DNA from: Antechinus flavipes
Taxonomy: Eukaryota
Direction of reading: 5' to 3'
Length of the DNA stretch: 64,000 bases
NCBI RefSeq assembly: GCF_016432865.1
Contig: NC_067403.1
Location: forward strand, 256,804,001-256,868,000
Shown here piece after piece: positions 11,373 through 24,267 of this stretch; positions within the stretch are counted from its first letter, which is position 1; each line of letters begins with the position of its first letter. Made by a program: the position numbers and the translations under genes. The notes below the pieces were generated by a model. That model had not been told where the DNA came from. It saw only the letters and a program-made list of their open reading frames with translations, and searched no databases.

Positions 11373-11472
11373 TGTTAGGCACTGACTGTGCAGTTCCCTG
11401 GAAGGACGTGAGACCCAGAGCAAACTGAGGGTCACTTGTCGTTCCAGGGAACTGCACAGTCGGCCCCTAACA
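11373..11472. repeat. Long inverted repeat / hairpin
   Basis: Perfect 20-bp arms at 11384-11403 and 11442-11461, extendable outward and inward. Confidence 0.9.
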
Positions 11473-12577
11473 AACACAAAGGCTCATGGGCTGGGAGACG
11501 ATTAAAGCGGTTGGGGCACATGGATGGGACAGAGTGTGACTGTTGTGAGACACAGCCCAGAGGACTCCAGACAAGGATGGAAAAGGATGGAAGGACTCGG
11601 AGGGCTAGAAGCAACAGTTTCTGCCAGTGGTTGCAATCTCCCCCCACACCCAAGACTGCACAAAGCTTCTATCCTGGACCACTGGGAAGATCTTCCTTTG
11701 GATTTGCCCAAGAGAGAGAAAGAGAAAGAGCCTTGCTCTCCTTCCTTGATGAAACTTTTCAACTATTCAATATCCTGCATGTAAATTAAAACAACTATTT
11801 TTGCAATCAATTTAAAATTCAGCTCCCTTGTATAAGCCATGAGGTATGGAAGATGAACAGCTTTTTTTGTTGTTTTTTACTGAGGCTCACCCAGTCAGGA
11901 CGTGTTAAATGTCTGAGATTAGATTTGAACTCGGGTCCTCCTGAATCCAAGCACAATGCTCTAGACACAATTTGGTTGTTCAAAATTTTCTTGAAACAAT
12001 ATTGCTGTTAGCGTATACAATGTTCCCTTGGTTCTGCTCATTTCACTCTTCATTATTTTGTGAAGGTCTCGACATGCTTTTCTAAAATCATTTTTCTATA
12101 GCAGAGCATTATTCCATCATGAACTTATACCACAAACCCTTGTTTAGCCATTCCCCAATTTACAAGCATCTACAATTTCCAGTTCTTTGCCACCACAAAG
12201 AGAGCTGCTAGAAATATTTTAGGACATGTAGGTTCTTTTCTATCTCCCCTAATCATCTCCACAAACAAACTTGATAGTTGTATTGTTGTATCAAAGGCAG
12301 TTTAATAACTCTTTGGGCATAATTCCAAATGTCTCTCCAACATGGTAGGATGAACTCACAGCTCCACCAGCAATGAATTCAAGTCCCAATTTTTCCACAT
12401 CCTTGCTAAGATTAGCTAATCTGGCAGGTATAAAATGATATGATAAATAGTGAGTCCTTCCCTCAAAAGCTGCTGTTGTTAGGCTTATTGCACACTCTAG
12501 CTCTTTTGTTTAAAGTTTACAAAATGCTTTACCAATATTAGCCAATCTTCACAACAACCCTGGGAAGTAAATACTAT

Positions 12578-13174
12578 TGTTGGAATCTTTACAAACTGCT
12601 AACTAATTAGAGTTGATCTAATCTTACAAGAAGATGTTTTGGGTAGAACCTGAAACAAGGTACTAAGTAGAACTAATTAGTACAATGCTTGTGTTTGCAC
12701 CTTTACTCATTGGAGTTCACAAGTATGCCAGCTTCACAAAGTAAACTTTGTAACTTTGGGAGTTCACACCTCTCTTAAAACTCTTAGGGCCAGAGAGCAC
12801 TATGGGAGAAAACCCATAATCCCATTCTCTCAGATATAAGGCCAGTGAAGAGAGAGCTATTCGAGGATATATTCCACTTGGCTGGCTGGTCGCGGAAGAG
12901 AGTTCAGCTGGATTGGAGAGGAGCACTCTGGTGCAGACACAGAGCACTTTGAGAGATTTCACCGGAATGACATGAAGAGTGGAGCTGGCTGGAGGCTGAA
13001 GAAAGCAGAGGCAGAGGCTGAAGGACAAAACCTTTGGATTTGGCGACATTTGGAGGGAGCTCTTGGAACCAAGCAGAGAGATAGACCTCTAAACTAACCG
13101 GGCTATATTGGAGATAATAAAAGATCTGAACTTTTATCACCTGGCTGTGTTTTGAGAAGAAAAAGCTTACCACA
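12578..13174 (+). mobile_element. Solo ERV LTR (597 bp) inserted in a MIR
   Basis: TG...CA ends; TATA-like and AATAAA motifs; flanks actat/attat; MIR core continues on both sides; homologous to 23066-23570. Confidence 0.8.
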
Positions 13175-14022
13175 ATTATCTCCATTTTACAGATAAGGAA
13201 ACTGAGACTGGAGAGATTAAGGCTACTTGCTCTGGGACACTCGGCTAGTAAGAGATTAAGTCTGGATTTGAATACAAGTCTTCCTGACTCCAGATTCCAG
13301 CACGATTTTTATTTAATCTGTTCCCTTGATCTACCTCTCCATTTTGTTTAACTAGCACCACATTATTTTAAAGATTACTCCTTCATAGCACAGTTTGGTA
13401 ACTGCTACTAATAGAAGTCCTTCCATTTTTTTTCATAATTTTTTCACCTTCATATAACTATTTTTTTAGTTTCATAAAACATCCCCTTGGTACTTTGGTA
13501 CTTGATTGTTTTAGCCCTGAATAAGTACTTTAAGTAATATTGTCATTTTGATTATGTTGCATTGATCTACTCAAAACAATTTTTGTTTCTCACTTATTTG
13601 TTATTATTGCTACCAAAAAATGTTTTGTAGTCAGGTTCATATTATCCCTTAGGTGAATCTTGGTAGATACATTCTAAAATATTTTATAGTGTCTGTGGGC
13701 ATTTTTAGTGAGTTTTCTTTTTCTAGCTCTTCCTGATGAGTTTTGTTGATTATATGCAGGAATAGTGATGATTTGTATAGATTTATTTTATATCTTACAA
13801 CTTTGCTGAAATGATTTCAATTAATTTTGACTTCTTTCTAGGTTCTTTGAGCCTATTACTTGGACCATCTGCAAAAAGGAGTAATTTTGTTTACTTTGAT
13901 TATTCTACTTTCATGGGGACAAGTCCTAGGAAAGCATGCCCCAGGATTCTGTCCTGGGGCACCTTTCCATTAATCTTTGGGCTACTTGTGTTTGAAATTT
14001 GTCTTAAGATAATCAAGCTCTG

Positions 14023-14419
14023 CAGTAATGAATTGAACCAGCTACAGCCAGCAAAAGGACTCTGGAAGATGACTATGAACCATTACATAGAATTCCCAAT
14101 CCCTATATATTTGCCCGTCTGCATTTTTTATTTCTTTCACAGGCTAATTGTACAATATTTCAAAGTCCGATTCTTTTTGTACAGCAAAATAACTGTTAGG
14201 ACAGGTATGCTTATATTGTACTTAATTTATACTTTAACATACTTAACATGTATTGGCCAACCTGCCATGGTGGGAGAAAGTGGGGGGGAAGGAGGGGAAA
14301 AATTGGAACAAAAGGTTTGGCAATTGTCAATGCTGAAAAATTACGCATGCATATAACTTGTAAATAAAAAGCTATATTAAAATATAAAATAAAATAAAAT
14401 TCAAAATCAACCTAAAAAA
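14023..14419 (+). mobile_element. 5'-truncated marsupial L1 3' end with A-rich tail
   Basis: 17-bp TSD aagataatcaagctctg at 14006-14022 and 14420-14436; AATAAA and poly-A-like tail. Confidence 0.85.
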
Positions 14420-16119
14420 AAGATAATCAAGCTCTGTAGTCACAGAAAATAACACAGGAAAATATTAGCCTACAGAAATAGATGAGTTTTTGCAGCAGTG
14501 GGTAGCTAAGGATCCTTGAAAATTGTGAAAAAAATTTTTTTTTTCCTTTTGCCATAGCATCTTGGAAATATTCTTGGGAAAAACTATAAACAGCAGGGGT
14601 CACTGTGGAGCAAAGTTCTCTGGGAACTTTTTATTTGTTTGTTTTTACTCCTTTCTCCCAGCAGGAAAGGGGAAGAGCTGATTCCTTCCAATATGCTAAA
14701 ATCCCAGACTCCTTAAAACAATAGCTACTTCTTTAGCTTAGAGGCAAATTGATCCCATCCACTTAAAAGTCCCTTCCTCTCTGCTCCCTTTCCTTCCCCT
14801 CCTCTCTCCTTTCCCCTCCTCTTTCCCCTTCCTCCTTTCTCCTCTGCAAAAATCATGGTCATACAGCGAGCTCTGGAACTTCCAGGCTGGAGAAACCACC
14901 TATTTGCTTAAATTTCCAGTATTTCCAGCCAGGCCCTGGCACCCTGCCCCCAGTTTACAGAGAGCTCTCATTCACAGAAATGAATTCTGAGCTGTAAGCA
15001 GCCTTGAAGAGCAGAACAGGCAGGAGTAAAAGCAGGTGCAGGGAGAACAAGAGGGAGAAAGAGAACCTGAAGTTTTTCACTGGTTGCTGCCAGCTCTGGG
15101 AGATCAGGAGAGTCAGCCATGGAGCTAGGGCAGTGCTTTAGCTGTCCATGCAGCCACCCCACCCCAAGCCCTTAAATCCCTCTCAGAACCACGGAAGGAG
15201 AGGGGTCTAGAGGAGCCAGAAGAGTCAATGGGCCTAGACTGCCCGGTTGGGCCTAGACGGCCCCTTTGGGATACAGGAGAAAAAAGTCTGATGGATGGAG
15301 AAACGCTTGCTGCTGACTTGGGAACTGGGCTTTTCCTGGTTGAATGGAGAAAATCAGGTTGTTCTACCCATGCCAGGATTAGCTGCTGTCCTTCTAAAAC
15401 AGCTTTCTGCAACTAAAATAGGGCCAAAGGAAGGAAGGAGCGGCGAACAGCCAAAAAGAATCGAGTTCTCCTTTGGGAAGGGATCTGGCTACAGTGTGGG
15501 CTCAAAATAAAGTCACAAATCCCATTTTCTTTTTGGAAAAGAAGTCCGAGGTCACATTTAAGTCAGAGAAAATGAGTGTGCTCAGGGGTGCCCATACTTA
15601 ATATTTAATTTATTTAATATTTGACAATATCAAAAACTTATTAAAATGATAATTTAATAGTTAATAGTTATTGTTAATTATTTAATATGTAATAGTTATA
15701 TTGGGATGTGGTAGTCGCTGGTTTACAGAAACTGACGAGTATGAGTTTAAATATATTTTATAGTTATATATACCTTCTTTAATTTTAAACAATCCCATAC
15801 TCGATGAATCATTTAACACTTGAAAGCAGTAAAAGAATTTATAGTCTTAAAAATTAAGGATGATTATGTTATATATTATATGATTTAATTATAGGAATCC
15901 GATTATAAACTAGGTTCTTCCTGTTCGTTGTTTCCATAGCACTCTCTGCCCATTTCTTCCCCTTTTCCTTTTGCTTTCACTCTTTCCCAACATCAAGGGA
16001 TTTTCCAATAAATTCCATCTTGTCGTTGTGACAAAATAATTAAAATTTTGCTTCAGTATTTATTCTTTGAATGAATAATGAGTTAATTTCTTTAAGTCTT
16101 ATTTATTTATTTGTTTGTT

Positions 16120-16257
16120 TTTGCTGAGGCAATTGGGGTTAAGTGACTTGGCCAGGGTCACAAGTTAGGAAGTGTTAAGTGCCTGAAACCAGAATTGAAT
16201 TCAGGTCCTCCTGACTTCAGGGCCTGTGCTCTATCCACTGTGCCACCTAGCTGCCCC
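16120..16257 (-). mobile_element. WSINE1-type marsupial CORE-SINE
   Basis: Reverse complement of ggggcagctaggtggcacagtggatagagc...gcctcagcaa; aatttctt flanking duplication. Confidence 0.85.
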
Positions 16258-16301
16258 AATTTCTTGATTAATTTAGTCTCCCTACTGTCCAAGGGTCTTT
16301 C

Positions 16302-16634
16302 TTTTTTTTTTTTTTTCAAATAACTTTTTATTGACAGAACATATGACTGGGTAATTTTTTTTACAACATTATCCCTTGGACTCACTTCTGTTCTGACTTT
16401 TCCCTTCTCTCCCTCCACCCCCTCCCCTCGATGGCAGGCAGTCTTATACATGGTAAATATGTTACAGTATATCCTAGATACAATATATGTTTGCAGAATC
16501 AAACAGTTCTCTTGTTGCACAGGGAGAATTGGATTCAGAAGGTAAAAATAACCCGGGAAGAAAAACCAAAATGCAAACAGTTCACACTCTTTTCCCAGTG
16601 TTCTTTCTCTGGGTGTAGCTGCTTCTGTCCATCA
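16302..16634 (-). mobile_element. Truncated L1 3' end inserted in BovB
   Basis: 16-bp TSD tgtccaaggg(t/a)ctttc at 16286-16301 and 16635-16650; poly-T on the left. Confidence 0.85.
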
Positions 16635-17063
16635 TGTCCAAGGGACTTTCAAATTTTTTTCTCCAGTACCACAGTTAGAAAATTTAATTTTACTTATAGC
16701 CCAATTCTCCCAGCCATATTTCTCTCCGGAAAAAAACAAACAAACATGCCTTTGATTTTATGGACCTTTGTCAGCAAAGTGATGTCTCTGCCTTTTAGGG
16801 TGCTGTCTAGGTTGGCCATAGTTTTCCTTCCAAGGAGAAGCATCTTTTAATTTCCTGACTGCAGTCACCATCTGTGGGGATCTTTGCATTCCCAGAATAA
16901 AAAATCTGACACGGCTTCCATTTCTTCTCCCTTTATTTGCCAGAAAGTGATGGGAGCAGGTACCAAGATATTAGTATTTTCTAAGGTTAATTTCAAGCTA
17001 GCTTTTATCCTCTTCTCTTTCTTTTTTTATTAAAGCTTTTTATTTTAAGAATATATGCATAGA

Positions 17064-17549
17064 CTTTAATGAACTGATGCTGAGTGAAATGAGCAGAACC
17101 AGGAGATCATTCTATACTTTAACAACAATACTATATGATGATCAGTTCTGAAGGACGTGACCCTCTTCAGCAATGAGATGAACCAAAGCAGCTCCAATAG
17201 AGCAGGAATGAACTGAACCAGCTACACCCAGCGAAAGAACTCTGGGAGATGACTAGGAACCAATACATAGAATTCCCAATCCCTCTGTTTTTGTCCCCTT
17301 GCATTTTTGATCTCCTTCTCAGGTTAATTGTATATGATTTCAATGTCTGATTCTTCTTGTGCAGTAAAATAGCTGTATGGATATATACACATATATTTAT
17401 GTAACATATTTAACATGTATTGGTCAACCTGCCATTGGGGGGAGGTGGTGGGGGAAATAGGGGAAAAATTGGAACAAAAGGTTTGGCCATTGTCAATGCT
17501 GTAAAATTACCCATGCATAGAACTTGTAAATAAAAAGCTATAATAAAAA
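17064..17549 (+). mobile_element. L1 3' end nested in the opposite-strand L1
   Basis: 17-bp TSD aagaatatatgcataga at 17047-17063 and 17550-17566. Confidence 0.85.
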
Positions 17550-18261
17550 AAGAATATATGCATAGATAGTTTTCAGCATTCATCTTTGCAAAACCTTGTG
17601 TTCCAAATTTTTTTCCCTCCCTTCCCCTCACTCTCTCCCCTAGATGGTAAGTGATCCAATTCATGTTAAACACGTGCAGTTCTTCTAAACATTTTCACAT
17701 TTAATGTGCATAAATCAGATTAAAAAGGGAAAAAATGAGAAAGAAAACAAAACGCAAACAAACAACAAACAGAGTGAGAATGCTGTGCTGTGATCCACGC
17801 TCAGTCCCCACAGCCTCTCTCTGGGTGCAGATGGCTCTCTCCCTCACGAGACCATTGGAACTGGCCGAGAAACTTTGCTGTTGAAAAGAACCATGTCCGT
17901 GTGATCTTTTTGTTGCTGTGTACAATGTTCTCTTGGTTCTACTCACTTCATTTAGCTTCAGTTCATGTCTCCCCAGGCCGCCCTGAAATCCTCCTGCTGA
18001 TCGTTTCTTAGAGAACAATAATATTCCTTAACATTCATATCCTGTAACTTATTCAGCCACTCCCCAATTCTAATTCTTTGCCACCACAAAAGGGGCCGCC
18101 ACAAATGTTTTTGCACACGTGGGTCCCTTTCCCTCCTTTAAGATCTCTTTGGGATACAAGCCAATAGAGACACTGCTGGGTCAAAGGGATGCACAGTTTG
18201 AGGGCCCATTGGCATAAGTCCTGCTCTTCAGAATCGTTGCCTCTGTTCACAACTCCACCAA

Positions 18262-18733
18262 TGTAATGGGCCAGAACTCTGAAACCAGGATTCTTACAAG
18301 GTGTTAACTCAGTGGAATTGATAAGACAATGGTTATCGTTTAGCTGGTGCTTAATAGTTCTCTAGTTCAGTACATGTACTTGGTACTTAATATAGTTCTC
18401 CAAGATTCACACCTACGATGATGTAATTATAATAGAGCATATAAACCGGGACAAACTCAGCCAGAGACTTCCCACCTTTGTGGTGGCTGGAGGCTGGAGC
18501 ACAAGCCCTGGGACTCAGAGAGACATTCGCTCTGTGATCAGGCTCCTGGTGGCTTTCCTTCCTTTCCCCACTGAAACCAAGACCCATTGGAAGGCCTTCA
18601 GAAAGCTAGCCAGGCCCCAGGTGAAGGAGACAATAAACAATTTGGATGTTCTCTCTGGCTATTCTCGTGGTGATAACTCTGCTGAAACAAAGGCTGATCC
18701 AGAGATCTCCAGAAAATGGACTGGAACACTACA
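18262..18733 (+). mobile_element. Solo ERV LTR (472 bp) inserted in L1
   Basis: TG...CA ends; tataaa and aataaa motifs; imperfect TSD caccaa/taacaa; L1 sequence resumes on both sides. Confidence 0.75.
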
Positions 18734-20707
18734 TAACAACAATGCATTAGTGTCCCTGTTTTCCCATTTTCCCTCCAACATTCATCATTATCTTTTCCTG
18801 TCATGTTAAGCAGGTGTATACTCTCCTCTTTCACCCTCATCAAAAGGCTTCTGCATTCTTCTTCCCTTTCTACATGAGGGAGGTATCCTCTGCATCTCTG
18901 AGATCGTTGACATTTCTCCCAGCCTTGGGATTCATCCAGCCTGGCATTTCACATGATATACTCTGCGTATAAGTCAAATACATAAGGTGATGATAGACAG
19001 CCTTGTTGTGCTCCCTTTTCCAGTCTTAAACCAATCAGCTGTTCCCTGTTCACTTTCATACAGCTTCCTCAGGAGACGAGTAAGACGGTCTGGTCCTCCC
19101 CTGTCTTTGAGGGCTTGCCACATTTTGTTGTGATCCACACAATCAAAAGGCTTTATTTAGTGTAGTCAGTGATGCAGAAGTAGATCTTTTTCTGGATCTC
19201 TCTCGCTTTCTCCATAATCCAGTGAATGTTGGCAGTTTGGTTTCTGGTTTCTCCATCTCTTCAGAACCCAGGCCTGCTCTTCTCGTAATCCTTGGGTCTA
19301 GCTCGCAGCATGCTAATGGTAAGCTTGCCCCTGTGTGAGGTGAGCGAAGCTGATTGGTACTTAGGGCATTCCAAGGAGTTGCCCTGCTTTAGGATTAGGG
19401 TGTGAACTCATCTCTTCCAATCCAGTGGCCACTGGTGAGTTTTCCAAATCTGCTGGGACATTGAGTGTAGCTCTGTAACAGAATCATCTTTTAGGATTCT
19501 AAATAGCTGGGCTGGAATTCTGTCACCTCCCTTCGCCTTTTCGTTAGCCCTGCTTCCTAAGGTCCCCTCGACTTCATTTTCCAGATTAGTAACTATAGCA
19601 TTATTATCAGTGATGACCGAGAGATCTTTCTCGTATAGTTCTTTTGTATATTCTTACTTCTCTTTTGCCTCTATTAAATCTTTTATTCTTTTTGTCTTTT
19701 CCTTATCATGAAGGATGATTTTTGCATGAAACTTTCTCTTGATATGTCTAATTTACTTGAAGAGATCTCTTGTCTTTTGGATTCTAATGTTTTCTTCTAT
19801 TTCTTTGCATTGCTCGTTTAAGAAAACCTTTATCTGCCCTTGTTATTCCCTGGAATTTGGCATTCTGTCAGGAATATCTTTCCCTTTCCTATTTTCCTCA
19901 GTTCTTTATAAAGTCATTTTTGCTCTTTTTTTCCCCCTTGGGGAAATCTGGGGAAATGAAACCTCTGGGATCATTTTTGTTGCTGCCTCCTGTCCAGTAT
20001 TGTGAACCTCTGTCCGTAGTTCTTCGGGGACTCTATCTAACAGATGTAATGCCTTGAATCTATTTACCACCTCCACTTTATATTTATAAGGGAAGCTATT
20101 TAGATCTTGCATGGTCTGGTGGTTTTCCCAGCTTTCTTCAATTTAGGTCTGAATTTTGCAATAAGAAGCTCATGAACAGAACCACACTCAGCGCCAGGTC
20201 TTATTTTAATTGATTGTCTAGAGCTTCTCCACCTTTTAGTCAATCTGATTTCTATATTGACCATCTGGTGATGTCTGCGTGAACAATCACATTCTGGATT
20301 GTTGAAAAGAAAGTGTTTGCTCTGACCAACGAGTTATTTTGACAAAATTCTATTAGTCTCTGCCCTGCTTTATTTTGTACTCCACCGCCAAACTTGTCTG
20401 TTATTCCAGTTATCTTTTGATTTTCTACTTTAACAGTTATTAGAAAAAAAAAAAAACAGTTATTAGTACTAGAGCTCCTAGTCATTGTCCTCCACTCTTT
20501 CCCTGGAGCATATTCCAATCTGAGAGACTCATCTCCCAGTGTTCTCTTGCCCACGTTTGCACTGTCCATTGGGTTTTCTTGGAAGGTGTACTAGAGTGGT
20601 TTGTTACGTCTTTCTCTAATGGAACTCTCCACTATGACCTTGGAGAACCCTGAATGACGCGGCTCATAGTTTAACAAGCCCTTTTGCCACTCCTAGAAAG
20701 GAGTATG

Positions 20708-21327
20708 TGTGATAATGGTAACTCTTGGAGGATAGTGTGGACCAAACGGGGGAAACGCTGAGATTAATCATGTAGTAAGCCAAGAGTACTTGCCCAGTTC
20801 TTCTTTGAGGGGCCCTTTACCTTTTCTTGTCTCCCTGTTTTCTCTATTATTTCAATCCTGCTGCCTGCCTAAGCCAATCCGCCAGGGTTTGCTTCCTTCC
20901 TCCATTCTCGTCCTGGGGAGCAGAATCAAGTTAAATAAAATCACAGATGATAGTACTCTACAGGTTATTTTCCTAAGAAATCTTTTGAACGGAAAGAATG
21001 GTTATTTTGACTGGGAGTGCAGAGGGGTTTTCTGGGAAAGGCAAATCTAGCAGAACTGGGGAAGGGCGTCTAGATAATGAAGGTGGTAAGTACCGGTCAA
21101 GTAAGAGATGTATGTCAGAAAGTGACAGAGAGGGAGGGGAGAGGGACCAAAGACAAAGCTGGCCAGGGGCTGAGTGGGGGTAACTACCGACCTGCCCTGG
21201 GCCACTGCCGGTCACCTAACTGGTGATGATATGCTCTATCTGATTAAAGACCCAGATGTTTGAGTCTCCATGGACCCCACAAACAGCATCTCTGTTCGTT
21301 GCTCCCTGTGCTGGTCTAACCAGCACA
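20708..21327 (+). mobile_element. Possible solo LTR
   Basis: TG...CA ends and ATTAAA near the 3' end; TSD not convincing. Confidence 0.4.
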
Positions 21328-21989
21328 TGACTGATCTGACAACCTCACTGGAGGAAATGATGGATAGACAGATGATCCAATGGAGGATGAGGATGATGAT
21401 AAGGGCAATAACGACAATGGCAATCCCTAGAATGAAGTCACTCCCTTTTAAATACCCACAAAGTCATCAGTTTGTCCTGCTTGTTGGCCAAGGAGGGGAC
21501 TCTGTCTTGCCCAAAGAAGAATGGATTCTTCACACAAATTCCTGTGCTTTCCTAGAAATTGGAGTTTTCTGCAGGCTTCCAGAGATGGCCCCTAAAGGTC
21601 AAGAGCCAATTCATCGACACTCCCCTTCTTATATATCTCTAATGCTTTGCACATAGGAGATACTTCACCAGTGACATCAGTGATTAATGGAGAAATATGA
21701 TTTGTAAAATGGATAGCCTATTTCTTGCCTTTTCAATGTGTGTGGGAAGAACAGGAAGAAGGAAGAGAAGTTGGAATTGAAAATAAAAAGAAAATTCAAA
21801 ATAAACAAACAAAAGAATTCTGCCCCTCAAAAGATTGCTGAATTGAGCTACTCGGTCTTTGTGTCACATGACGAAGAAGTGCACTGAAGGAAATAAACCT
21901 GGGAAGAGGAAGGATGCATAGAGGTAACCTTTGCTGAGGGTTTATTGTTATTGTTTTTTAATCAAGGTCATTACAAAGTTTCTTATATA

Positions 21990-23700
21990 ACTTTATATTT
22001 CTCCCTCAATTACATGTTTTTTTTTTTTAAATAACTTTTTATTGATAGAACCCATGCCAGGGTAATTTTTTCCATCATTATCCCTTGCATTCACCCTCAA
22101 TGACATGTTAAAACAATTTTATATTGTGTGTGAAAAGAAAAAAAAACAATTTAAAAAAAGTTTTTAACTTCCAAATTCTATCTCTCTTTCTCTCCCTTTT
22201 CTCCCCACTCTGAGATGGTAAGCAATAACATATATTAAATAATAATATAATAAATAATAAAATAAGTTAAAGTGTTTTACATGATTATTATCATGTTATA
22301 TTTATTTATATTTATAATCATGTAAAACACTTTAACTTATTTTATCAGTCATTTTGTACAAGAAGACATAGAAAAAAGAAGGCAAGTGAAAGAGAGGTTA
22401 TTTCAGTCTGTATTTAGACAGTACCTTTCTTTCCTTGGAAGTGGTTAGTGTACTTCATTTGTCCTTTGGGATTGTCTTGGATCGTTGTATTTCTGAGATC
22501 ATTCACAGTTTTTCGTTGAACAATATTGCTGTTGTTACGTACAATGTTCTCCTGGTTCTGTTCACTTAGCTTTGCATCAGTTCAGGTAAATCTTTTTCAA
22601 ATTTTTCTGAAATGATCCTTATGGTCACATGTCACGGTAATATTCCATTACAAACATACACCACCATTCCTCAATTTTTGGATTTCCAATTTTTATGCAC
22701 CACAAAAATAGCTGCTATAAATATTTTTGTACAAATAGGATTGTCCCCCTCCTTTTTGGATGTCTTTGAGATATAAATCTACAGTGGTATTGCTGGACAT
22801 GCACAGTTTTATAACCTTTTGGACATAGCTCCAATCTGCTGTTCGGAACCTTTGGATCAGTTCACAACTCCACCAACAATGCATTAATGTTCTAGCTTTC
22901 CCACATTTCTCCAACATTTATCATTTTCCTTTTTTTTAAAAATCACATTAGCCAATCTGATAGATATGAGGTGGAACTGTGCACTTCTCTAATCAATAGT
23001 GAATTAGATCATTTTTCATGATAGCTTTGATTTTTTTGTCTGATAACTGCATTTTCATATCCTTTTGTTGGAATCTTTACAAATTGTTAAGTCACTAGAG
23101 CTCTTGCCTCGGAGAGAGGGCTTCTGGCTCTCAATCTTCAATATAGCCCGGTTGGCTTTTCTTAGAGGCCTCTCTCTCTCCTTGGTTCTAAGAGCTCTTG
23201 CTTCTTTGTCCTTTGCTTCTGCCTCTGCTTTCTTCAGCCACTAGCCAGCCAAGTGGAAAATGGAATGAACTCTCTAATTGGGCCTCAGCTTTCTTTTTAT
23301 ATATCAGAGAGCGGGATTATGGGTTTTCTCCCAGAATGCTCTCTGGCCCTAAGAGTTTCAAGGGAGGTGTGAATTCACAAAGTTACAAAGTTTACTTTGT
23401 GAATCTCCCATACTTGTGAACTCCAATGAGTAAAGGTATAAACACAAGCATTGTGTCAATTAGTTCCACTTAGTACCTTGTTTCAGGTTCTGGCCCAAAA
23501 CATCTTCTTGTAAGAGCAGATCAATAATCTATCAACTCTAATGAGTTAGCAGTTTGTAAAGATTCCAGCATCCTTTGATCATTTATCAATTGGCAAATAA
23601 CTTGTATTTTGATAAATTTGACTCATTCTCTCTATATTTGAGAAACGAGGCCTTTATCAGAGATACTTGTTGCAATTTTTTCCTAATTTTCATTCCATTT
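21990..23700 (-). mobile_element. L1 3' fragments on the minus strand
   Basis: Typical marsupial L1 3' UTR/ORF2-end antisense sequence; ORF 22693-22917 (MLEKCGKARTLMHCWWSCELIQ) is L1 ORF2 C-terminal-like. Confidence 0.7.
23066..23570 (-). mobile_element. LTR-family element (505 bp) with 35-bp terminal inverted repeats and 6-bp TSD TCCTTT
   Basis: Reverse-orientation homologue of 12578-13174; TSD at 23060-23065 and 23571-23576; inserted in L1. Confidence 0.8.
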
Positions 23701-24267
23701 TGTTTGCAAAAATGTTTTCATTTTATATCATCCAAATTATCTCCTTTAAAAGCACTGAAGAAATAAGTTTCAACCTATCAAAGAGGGGAAGAAACGGAAC
23801 AACTTAATGGGAAAAGAAAAGGGAACAGGCTTTTCAAAATTTTAAATATATTTTTATTTTGTTCAATATTTCCCATTTACATGTAAAAGTTTTAAAACAC
23901 TCATTTGTAAAAATTGTGAGTTCTAAATTCTCTCTCGTCCCTGTAAGAAAAAAGCAATAGGATATTGATTATATATGTGAAGACACGCAAAACTTATTGC
24001 ATATTGGCAGGAAGAGCTTTAAGTAAGCACCTACTATGTGCCAGACATTGTACTTTTTACTATCTCATTTGATCCTTGTTTGTCCTTCATTCTTTGCTAT
24101 CTTCATTCACTCTGAGCCAGTCAGGTGCCAAATCATGACCAAGTAGGGCCTGCCTTGGTACCTAGGCCCGTCTAGGAGAGCCGGAGCGGGACCTTGTAAC
24201 TCCACGATATCTTGCGGATCAAAATTGTCATTCCTTTGGGCAGAGCACCTGCGGACAACTATGTAGC

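Larger units (their letters stand above)
17020..18815 (-). mobile_element. L1 3' UTR/ORF2-end fragment inserted in BovB, itself interrupted twice
   Basis: Poly-T start; L1 ORF2-end antisense sequence (cacaactccaccaacaatgcattagtg) is split by an LTR. Confidence 0.7.
15935..20705 (-). mobile_element. BovB/RTE LINE fragmented by later insertions
   Basis: Minus-strand peptides KFGGGVQNKAGQRLIEFCQNNSLVRANTFF and YKVEVVNRFKALHLLDRVPEELRTEV match BovB endonuclease/linker. RT-region DNA is BovB-like at 16636-17010 and 18815-19300. Confidence 0.8.

Noticed and set aside
13939-13961. 9-bp perfect stem gccccagga/tcctggggc
   Set aside because: Short enough to occur by chance in 64 kb.
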